A stretch of DNA of 64,000 nucleotides from contig NZ_JAQNDL010000001.1 of assembly GCF_028368995.1 (NCBI RefSeq), forward strand, positions 288,001-352,000. Reading direction: 5' to 3'. This document shows, piece after piece, positions 19,804 to 26,688 of this stretch; within the stretch, counting starts at the first letter, position 1, and each line of letters opens with the position of its first letter. The notes under the pieces are model-generated. The model was not told where the DNA came from and searched no databases. It saw nothing but the letters and a program-made list of their open reading frames with translations. Position numbers and translations under genes: made by a program. The DNA comes from Nannocystis bainbridge. Its GTDB lineage: Bacteria; Myxococcota_A; Polyangia; Nannocystales; Nannocystaceae.

Positions 19804-20547
19804 GTGACGCACCGCCTGCGCCTCGCCCCGTTCGCCCTCGTGCTCCTCGTCGCCTGTCCGCAAGCACAGGCGCCCGCGCCGACCCCGACCGTCGACGGCG
19901 CGCACCCGACCCCCGACGACCCGCGCGTCGTCGAGGTCGCCGGCGACCTCTACGCCGCCCAGAGCGCCCCCGTGACCACCCAGCCGCCCGAGGTCCCGCC
20001 CGCCAAGTCGCCCGGCACCGGCCGCCCCGACGAGACCAACGGCGTGTGCCGCCTCTACGCCCCCGAGCTGCCCGACCCCGCCTGCTGCGAGCACACCCTC
20101 GGCTTCGACAGCAAGGCCGCCGCCGAGATCTGCGGCCTGCAGGTCTACCTCGGCGAGTCGTTCCACAACAGCTGCGGCTTCTACTTCGTGCCCGAGCCCA
20201 ACAGCCCCGCCCAGTGGTTCCGGATCGCCACCATCCTCGGCGACACCCCGCAGAAGGCCGCCGAGGACAACCTCTACACCATGCGCCGCACCGACCCGAA
20301 CGTCACGGTCGAGCCCGTGCCCGACGTCCCCGGCGCCTTCTGGACCCGGCAAAACGAGTACCGCTGGGCCTTCCTGCCCGGCTGGTCGACGGTCCGCATG
20401 TTCGCCTGGAAGACCAGCAGCTGCAGCGACGAAAAGATCGGCGGCCTGCTGCGCCTCATCATCGCCGCCCCCGAGCAGGTCTCCGCGCCCCGCCGCGCCG
20501 GCCTGTTCCCGGTCGACGCCCCGCCACCGCCCGCGCCTGCCCCCTGA
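19804..20547 (+). CDS. Putative lipoprotein
   Basis: AAAGGAGA RBS before GTG 19804; lipobox LVAC; Cys-containing globular domain. Confidence 0.75.
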   Translation: MTHRLRLAPFALVLLVACPQAQAPAPTPTVDGAHPTPDDPRVVEVAGDLYAAQSAPVTTQPPEVPPAKSPGTGRPDETNGVCRLYAPELPDPACCEHTLGFDSKAAAEICGLQVYLGESFHNSCGFYFVPEPNSPAQWFRIATILGDTPQKAAEDNLYTMRRTDPNVTVEPVPDVPGAFWTRQNEYRWAFLPGWSTVRMFAWKTSSCSDEKIGGLLRLIIAAPEQVSAPRRAGLFPVDAPPPPAPAP

Positions 20548-20602
20548 GACATGTCCTGAGGGACAGGCGCCATCGCCACGACATGTCCCGAAGGACACGT
20601 CA
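20547..20602. repeat. GGACATGTCC-type array (two 14-bp pairs) between convergent genes
   Basis: Cores at 20550/20564 and 20582/20596. Confidence 0.85.
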
Positions 20603-20613
20603 TCCGCGGCGCC

Positions 20614-21039
20614 TCAGCCCGCGCGCCAGCCGTCGAATCGCGTCGGCCCCGCGATCCCGCGCGCGGCCGCCAGCGCTCGCTTGCCGAGCGCGTATACGCG
20701 GAAGAACAGCTCGAGCCCGCCTCGCTGCGCCCGCGTCAGCGGCCCGGCGCTGAAGATCACCTTCGGGTCTTCCTGGCCCACGTCGATGAAGCCCACGATC
20801 GCCACCACTGCCAGCTCGACCTCCGCCCCCGCTGGCAGGCGGCGCCCCAGCACCACCGCGTCGAGCGGATCGCCGTCGCCCGACATGACCCCCGGGACAT
20901 GTCCGTAGTTGTAAGGGCACGGCAGCGGCGACACGAAGTCGATACTGCCGTCGCTGCGGCGCTTGACGAAGCTGAGGCGCGGGTACTCGATCGTCACCCG
21001 GCGGCGCGCCCCGATCTCCGGCAGGTCCATCGCCGACAT
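20614..21039 (-). CDS. ppa: Short family I inorganic pyrophosphatase
   Basis: IEYPR, PYNYG, DGDPLDAVV, D..EDPKVI and FFRVY motifs. Confidence 0.85.
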   Translation of the reverse strand: MSAMDLPEIGARRRVTIEYPRLSFVKRRSDGSIDFVSPLPCPYNYGHVPGVMSGDGDPLDAVVLGRRLPAGAEVELAVVAIVGFIDVGQEDPKVIFSAGPLTRAQRGGLELFFRVYALGKRALAAARGIAGPTRFDGWRAG

Positions 21040-21227
21040 CTACGCCAGCCTCGCCGCGCCCGCAACGGCGCGGTCCCCGTCCACCTGTCCCCAAGGACAC
21101 GCGAGAATCGCCGCGGAGTTCGCCCGGCTCCGCCCATCGTCCCGTGACCACCGCGCCGACGTCGATCCCGGCGAGCCCATGCGGCAGACGAAGCGCTCAG
21201 CCGCCTCGGCCTCGCCTCGACGCTCGC

Positions 21228-22130
21228 TCAGAACTGCCCGAACGCCGTGATCCCGGCCCCACCGGCTCCGAACGTCGGCGCCGCGCGAGCCGCTCGCCGC
21301 TTGCGCTCCTGCACCCGGTCCGCGAACAGCAGGCTCGCCCCTGCCAGCAGGATCCCCGCACCCGCAGCCAGCGTCAGATAGCCCGCGTCGTGGTAGCTCG
21401 CCAGCGCCGCGTCCGAGCAGTCCGGCGTCGCCGTCGTGCACTCCGCGCGATACAGCAGCAGCCCCACCCCGACCGCCGAAGTCACCGCACCGCCGACCGA
21501 CACCCCGAAGCCCGCCGCCAGCAGCTCGAGCGACGGCTCCGACGGCGCCGCCCAGCTCGTCTGTCCCCGCCACTGACTCGGGCGCGGCGGCGGCAGCCGC
21601 TTCAGCGCCGGCGTCGGCGTCGGCGCGCTCGTCGGCGCAACCTCGCTCACCTCGTTCGCCTCGCTCGGCTTCGGGCTCACGAGCGGCGGTGGATCGGCGC
21701 ACACGTCCCGCCCCGCGGTCTGGCTGATCGCGCGCAGCTGTTGATCGATCCGGTCGGCCAGCCCCAGCGCCCGGCGTCGCAGCCGGATCGCCTCGGCCTT
21801 CTGCGGCCGCTCGAGATAGTCGCGCACCACTCCCGCCGCGCGGCACATCGAGCTCGTCTCGCCGTCGCGCGCATGAGCCTGCTCGTACGCCGCCACCGTG
21901 TCGCCGAGCACATTGAAGAGATCGCGGCTCGCTCGCCCGTCGAGCTCCGTCAGCCCGACATAGATCCGCTCGAAGCACGCCCCTGCCTCGCCGCTGCGGC
22001 CCTCCTTGCGCAGCGCCTGACAGCCCTCGTGATCGCGTCGCAGCGCCTCCGTGGCCGGGTTCGCCGCCGCGACCGGACCGCTCGCCAGCGCCACCGCGCA
22101 CGCCAGCGCCGTCGTCCTGCGCCTCGCCAT
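21228..22130 (-). CDS. Secreted TPR-like myxobacterial protein with C-terminal hydrophobic region
   Basis: Signal peptide MARRRTTALACAVALAS, helical domain, Pro/Thr linker, two hydrophobic segments, terminal GQF. Confidence 0.65.
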   Translation of the reverse strand: MARRRTTALACAVALASGPVAAANPATEALRRDHEGCQALRKEGRSGEAGACFERIYVGLTELDGRASRDLFNVLGDTVAAYEQAHARDGETSSMCRAAGVVRDYLERPQKAEAIRLRRRALGLADRIDQQLRAISQTAGRDVCADPPPLVSPKPSEANEVSEVAPTSAPTPTPALKRLPPPRPSQWRGQTSWAAPSEPSLELLAAGFGVSVGGAVTSAVGVGLLLYRAECTTATPDCSDAALASYHDAGYLTLAAGAGILLAGASLLFADRVQERKRRAARAAPTFGAGGAGITAFGQF

Positions 22131-22226
22131 CCCTGCAGTATCGGCCACTTCGGCCTCGCGGACAGCGGTCGCTTCCGCGCCTTCAGGATGCGCCGGCGCC
22201 GCCGCGCACACCTTTATACTCGCCGC

Positions 22227-23816
22227 ATGGCGGGCGACGACATCGACGGCACCGGCCCCACGCAGGCCAACCCTGCGGGTGACGCCCCGACCGACCTCGC
22301 CTCTGGCGTCACCCGTCGCGCCGACGCCCCTGACTCGCTGCTCGGGGGCGTGCTCGCCGGTCGCTACCGCATCGATCGCCGCCTCGGATCTGGCGGCATG
22401 GGGGCCGTCTACGCCGGCACCCACCTCCTGCTCGATCGCCCGATCGCCGTCAAGATCATCAAGCCGCGCTTCGGCGACGACCCTGGCATCGCCCAGCGCT
22501 TCATTCAGGAGGCGCGCGCCGCCTCGGGCATCGGCCACCCTCACGTCGTCGAGATCACCGACTTCGGCGAGACCGAGGGCGGCACCGCCTACTTCGTCAT
22601 GGAGCGGCTCGAGGGTGAAGACCTCGCCGACACCGTCACGCGCGAGGGCCCGCTCGCCTGGCCGCGCGTCGTCCACATCAGCGAGCAGATCGCCCGGGCC
22701 CTCGCCGCTGCGCACAAGCACGGCGTCGTCCACCGCGACATCAAGCCTGCCAACTGCTTTCGCCTCACCCGCGACGACGACCCCGACTACATCAAGGTCC
22801 TCGACTTCGGCCTCGCCAAGGTCGTCGGCAGCGCCTCGCGGGCCGAGCAGGACGCCTCGCTGACCCAGACCGGCGCCCTGCTCGGCACCCCCGGTTACAT
22901 CGCCCCCGAGCTCTACCGCGGCCTGTCGGCCGACCACCGCGTCGACATCTACGCTCTCGGCGCCCTCATGCACAAGCTCCTCACCGGCGAGCTGCCGCCG
23001 ATGCGACTCGGCAGCGACGGCCCCTCCGAGCTCTCGCTGGCCGCCGTGCCACCTGGCCTTCAGGCCATCTTGCGTCGCGCCCTCGCCGACGAGCCCGCCG
23101 CCCGTTACCCGACCGCCCAGGCGCTCGCCGTCGACCTGCGCCACCTGGCCGCAGGGACAGGTGTCAGCCTCGACCCTGGCTCCGAGCCGCCGGCCGCCAG
23201 CGGCCCGCTCCTGGCCGTCACCCACGACGCCCGCGGCATCTCCTTCACCATCGGCGCGCCGCTGCTCGGCGCCCTCGTGCTCGGCCTCGGCCTGTTCGCC
23301 TTCTTCAGCTTGCGCGCCGGCTCGCTCCCTCCCGCCGATCCTGCCGGCGTCCCCGTCGAGCCCGCGCGCATCACCGCCGAACCCGGCCCGCCCGTCATCG
23401 CCGCCGCCGCAGCGCCACCGACCTCGCCCTCCGAGCCGCCGACCGTCGAGCCGCCCACCCCAGCCTCGCCCGACGTCCTCGGGCCGAACACCCACGAGCC
23501 CGCGTCACCCGGCGAAACCACCGCGCCCGCCACCACCTCCGGCGCCGACGAGCCCGAACCACGCGCCGCCCTCCCGAAGGGCAGCCCCGCAGCTGTCCAA
23601 AAGGCCATCCGCCGCCGCTGCGCCGGCACCTTCGGCTACACCGTCAAGCTGCAGTGGAAGGCCGACGCCGACGGTCATCTGATCCCCGGCTCGGTCAAGG
23701 TCCTGGGCACGCCCCAGCACAACGACGCCGAGAGCTGCGCCCTGCGTCAGCTCGTCCGCAGCGAGCTCGCCTGGACCCCGGGCGAGACCTACGCCCACGC
23801 CTTCAAGAGCGGCTGA
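22227..23816 (+). CDS. Membrane Ser/Thr protein kinase
   Basis: LGSGGMGAVY, IAVKII, HRDIKPAN, DFG, GTPGYIAPE; single TM and Pro-rich region. Confidence 0.95.
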   Translation: MAGDDIDGTGPTQANPAGDAPTDLASGVTRRADAPDSLLGGVLAGRYRIDRRLGSGGMGAVYAGTHLLLDRPIAVKIIKPRFGDDPGIAQRFIQEARAASGIGHPHVVEITDFGETEGGTAYFVMERLEGEDLADTVTREGPLAWPRVVHISEQIARALAAAHKHGVVHRDIKPANCFRLTRDDDPDYIKVLDFGLAKVVGSASRAEQDASLTQTGALLGTPGYIAPELYRGLSADHRVDIYALGALMHKLLTGELPPMRLGSDGPSELSLAAVPPGLQAILRRALADEPAARYPTAQALAVDLRHLAAGTGVSLDPGSEPPAASGPLLAVTHDARGISFTIGAPLLGALVLGLGLFAFFSLRAGSLPPADPAGVPVEPARITAEPGPPVIAAAAAPPTSPSEPPTVEPPTPASPDVLGPNTHEPASPGETTAPATTSGADEPEPRAALPKGSPAAVQKAIRRRCAGTFGYTVKLQWKADADGHLIPGSVKVLGTPQHNDAESCALRQLVRSELAWTPGETYAHAFKSG

Positions 23817-23912
23817 CCTGTCCGCTCAAGGGCGAGGCTGCCCGAAGGGACAGGTCAGCGCAGCACCCGAAGACATCGAGCTGCATCCTTCACCTGTCCC
23901 TGAGACCAGGCT
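23814..23912. repeat. Degenerate GGACATGTCC-type units between convergent genes
   Basis: Cores at 23817, 23837/23851 and 23893/23907. Confidence 0.6.
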
Positions 23913-23964
23913 CGGCCTCACTCCCTGGTTGACCCCTCGCCTGTCTCACAGACCACTCGCGCGC

Positions 23965-25542
23965 TCACGGCCTCGCTCGCCACAGCGCCCGCCCCACCAG
24001 CCCCGCCATCACCAGCCCGATCGCCGCCACCACGGCGAAGCCGATCAGCAGCCCCGGGTGCCCCGCGCGTGCCAGTCGCACCGCCCCGAGCATCAGCACA
24101 TCTGGTTGCAGCGACCCGAACCCCACGATCGGGCTCGCCCACCCCGCGAAGTGTGAAGTCTCGAGCACGTGCCCGGCCGAGCGGGGGTCGTTCGTCAGCG
24201 CGATCATCCACTCGAAGATCGATCGCGTCGCCAGCCACCCCGTCAGCGCCGCGCTGGCGGTCAGCCCCGACCAGACCCACCGACGCACCCGCACCGACCG
24301 CCGCGGCAGGTCTTCGATCAGCGCCGCCAACCCGATCATCACCAGCGGGATCGCCGGCACCAGGTGACGCGGTCCCAGGCTCCATCCGCCGTACCAGTCG
24401 GTGCGCGCCGACACCACCAGCCAGCGCGTCGCCAGCAGCGACAGCGCCAGCCACGTCGCCGCCGGCGCCCGTCGCAGCGCAGCCCGCATACCGAACAGCC
24501 CCAGCGTCGCCGCCGGCGCGTACAGCCACAGGCTCCGGCCTGGCGCCAGCATCTGCGCCCACAGCCCCGTCCACGGATTGGTCCACGCGCTGTAGTGGCC
24601 GAACCTGCCGGTCTCGAGTGCATCGCCGAAGCGCAGCCACTGCCCGAGCAGCAGCAGCCCGAGGCCGAGCCCTGCCAGCAGCGCCGCGCCGATCAGCCCG
24701 CGCCGCGCCGGCGCCAGCGCTTTGAGACATGCCCCAAGAGACATGCCCTTTCCATCATGCCCCTTCGAACCTGTCCAAAAGGGCACCAGCGCGTACGCCG
24801 CCAGCCACGGCCACGCCACCAGGTTGAGCACGTGGACGTGGACCGCGAAGCCGGCCGCCGCCCCGGCCAGCCACAGTCGGCAATCGGCCGCCCGCGGTCG
24901 GCCGGCCCGCAGCGCCTGCGCCTGAGCGATCGCCACGGCCGCCGCCAGCAGCACCATTGCCGAGAGCGGCTCGCTGAGGAACGTGCGCGTATACGGCCAC
25001 GCCGCCGTGCCGGTCGCGTACGCCAGCCCCGTCCACAGCGCCGCTCTCGGCGACAGCCCGACCCATGCCAGCCAGCGGACCAGCAGCCACGCCGTCGCCG
25101 CCGTCACCAGGCAGTTCGTCAGGCTGACCACCAGGTGCAGCCAGTCGGCCCGCGGCTCGCGCGCGTGGAACGTGAAGTGGTCGGAGCGGACCGCGCGCGT
25201 CCACGCGAACGGCACCCGCGGCGGCGCGGTCGCGCGGCCCAGCGCGTACATCGGCGCCGCCACCAGCGACAGCCCGTGGCCGAACAGCCCGTAGCGGCGG
25301 CCCTCCGGCCCCTCGGCCCAGCCGAACGTCCCTGGCGGGCGTCCTGGCGGTTCACCGGTGCGGTGGGCGATGCCGGCGATGGTCAGCGAGCCGCGCTCGA
25401 CCAGGCTCGCCGTCGTCTGGAACACGATCTCGTCGTCGGGGAACTGGATGCGCCCCGGCGCGGTGCACAAAAATAGCGCGGCGCAGGCCGCAAAGAGAGC
25501 GGCTGCGCCGGGCGTACGCGGATTTGGGGTTGTCGGGTCCAG
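23965..25542 (-). CDS. GT-C-fold (PMT/ArnT-like) membrane glycosyltransferase-like protein; start codon uncertain
   Basis: First-loop DDE motif, WPYTRTFLSEPL, W.GGWSLGPRHLVP, many TMs; N-terminal TM lies upstream of TTG 25470, so CTG 25542 is proposed as start. Confidence 0.7.
   Translation of the reverse strand: MDPTTPNPRTPGAAALFAACAALFLCTAPGRIQFPDDEIVFQTTASLVERGSLTIAGIAHRTGEPPGRPPGTFGWAEGPEGRRYGLFGHGLSLVAAPMYALGRATAPPRVPFAWTRAVRSDHFTFHAREPRADWLHLVVSLTNCLVTAATAWLLVRWLAWVGLSPRAALWTGLAYATGTAAWPYTRTFLSEPLSAMVLLAAAVAIAQAQALRAGRPRAADCRLWLAGAAAGFAVHVHVLNLVAWPWLAAYALVPFWTGSKGHDGKGMSLGACLKALAPARRGLIGAALLAGLGLGLLLLGQWLRFGDALETGRFGHYSAWTNPWTGLWAQMLAPGRSLWLYAPAATLGLFGMRAALRRAPAATWLALSLLATRWLVVSARTDWYGGWSLGPRHLVPAIPLVMIGLAALIEDLPRRSVRVRRWVWSGLTASAALTGWLATRSIFEWMIALTNDPRSAGHVLETSHFAGWASPIVGFGSLQPDVLMLGAVRLARAGHPGLLIGFAVVAAIGLVMAGLVGRALWRARP
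24725..24790. repeat. 14-bp-period array (5 units) embedded in the GT-C gene
   Basis: Cores at 24728, 24742, 24756, 24770, 24784; AT-richer than flanking codons. Confidence 0.8.
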
Positions 25543-25569
25543 GGCCGAGCCGGTCGGCGAGCGCAGCGG

Positions 25570-26085
25570 CTAGCCGGAGGTGCCGCTGGAGCTGTTGCCC
25601 ATGCACAGCGAGGTGTCGAACGTGCAGGTCACCGGGTCGCAGCCGAGCTGGCCGCCGGCGTTGCCGAGCGACTCGCAGGTGAACCCGTTGAGGTTGCCGC
25701 CGTCGCACTGCTCGTTCGGATCGATGTTGCCGTTGCCACAGCCGGCGGGGTCGGTCGTCTGCGTGGTCGTCGTGGTCGACGTCGAGGTGTCGGGATCACC
25801 GGTGGTGGTGGTGTCCGGCAGCGTGGTCGACGTCGGCCCGTTGGTGGTCGGCGTCACCGTCGTGCTGGTCGTGTCCGGGCCGGTCGTCGGGTCGCCGGTG
25901 GTGGTGCTCGTGCCCGGGGCGCCGGTCGAGGTGTCCGTGCCGCTCGACGTGTCCGTCGTCTGGTTCGTGTTGCTGTTGGTGTTGGGGTTGTTGGTACTGA
26001 AACCGCCCGCACCACCATCGTCCCCGCAAGCGGGAGCGAGACACAGCAAGGAAACGGAGCAAGCGAGCGTACGCCAGGCGGTCAT
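25570..26085 (-). CDS. Lipoprotein with Thr-rich linker and myxobacterial Cys-rich repeat
   Basis: Lipobox APAC; CGNGNIDPNEQCDG...TCESLG...LGC...CTFDTSLC. Confidence 0.85.
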   Translation of the reverse strand: MTAWRTLACSVSLLCLAPACGDDGGAGGFSTNNPNTNSNTNQTTDTSSGTDTSTGAPGTSTTTGDPTTGPDTTSTTVTPTTNGPTSTTLPDTTTTGDPDTSTSTTTTTQTTDPAGCGNGNIDPNEQCDGGNLNGFTCESLGNAGGQLGCDPVTCTFDTSLCMGNSSSGTSG

Positions 26086-26559
26086 GGCGCCTTTATCCCC
26101 AAGGCGCAGCCCGAGGGTCAAGAGAAAAGCGAGCACGACCTCAGAGGCCGTCCGAGCCGGCCCAGAGACCTGCATCACGGGTTTTAGCGACATGCAGGCC
26201 AGTGGAGCCGCGAGCACCCACGCGTCGTCACTGGCACTCGCGCGGTACTTCAAGGACGACCGAGTTGGTGAGTGAGCATTGAAAAATCAGTCCGCGAAGC
26301 GAGACGGCCACGCGGGTCGGCGGCACCACCTTCTGGGCCACCTTCATCGCCGGCCCACGACCGGACCGCGGGCCAATCACCACATGAACTTTGGGACAGC
26401 CAAACCGACGCCGACGGGCCCAGCGAGCACCCGGACATCCGACCGTGACGGACGGGCGAGCCACGGCTCGGCCCGCCCGCTCGCAACCCCTTGTTCGTCG
26501 CATACCCCGCCATGAGTCCGCTGCCGCCCGCGGCGAGGCCCGCCCTCGCGGCCTTCGGG

Positions 26560-26680
26560 TCCGATTATACCGTATATTTTTAGATCTATTATGACGAAGA
26601 CTTACGCCACTGAACATCAAGTAAATCCGAGCTTGCGAAACAGCCCCTTTGCGCCCCCCACGGCGCGAGTGCTACCACGA
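26560..26680. promoter_or_regulatory. AT-rich divergent promoter region; candidate TTGCGC-N18-TACCAC promoter for the protease gene
   Basis: Sharp GC drop (TATACCGTATATTTTTAGATCTATTATG); TTGCGC 26649-26654 and TGCTACCAC 26670-26678. Confidence 0.4.
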
Positions 26681-26688
26681 AGGTCCAC

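Noticed and set aside
26648-26675. CIRCE operator upstream of the protease (GAGTGCTAC half-site)
   Set aside because: Left arm matches poorly and only with a 10-nt spacer; better read as -35/-10 promoter elements. CTGGCACTC at 26231 also lacks a partner arm
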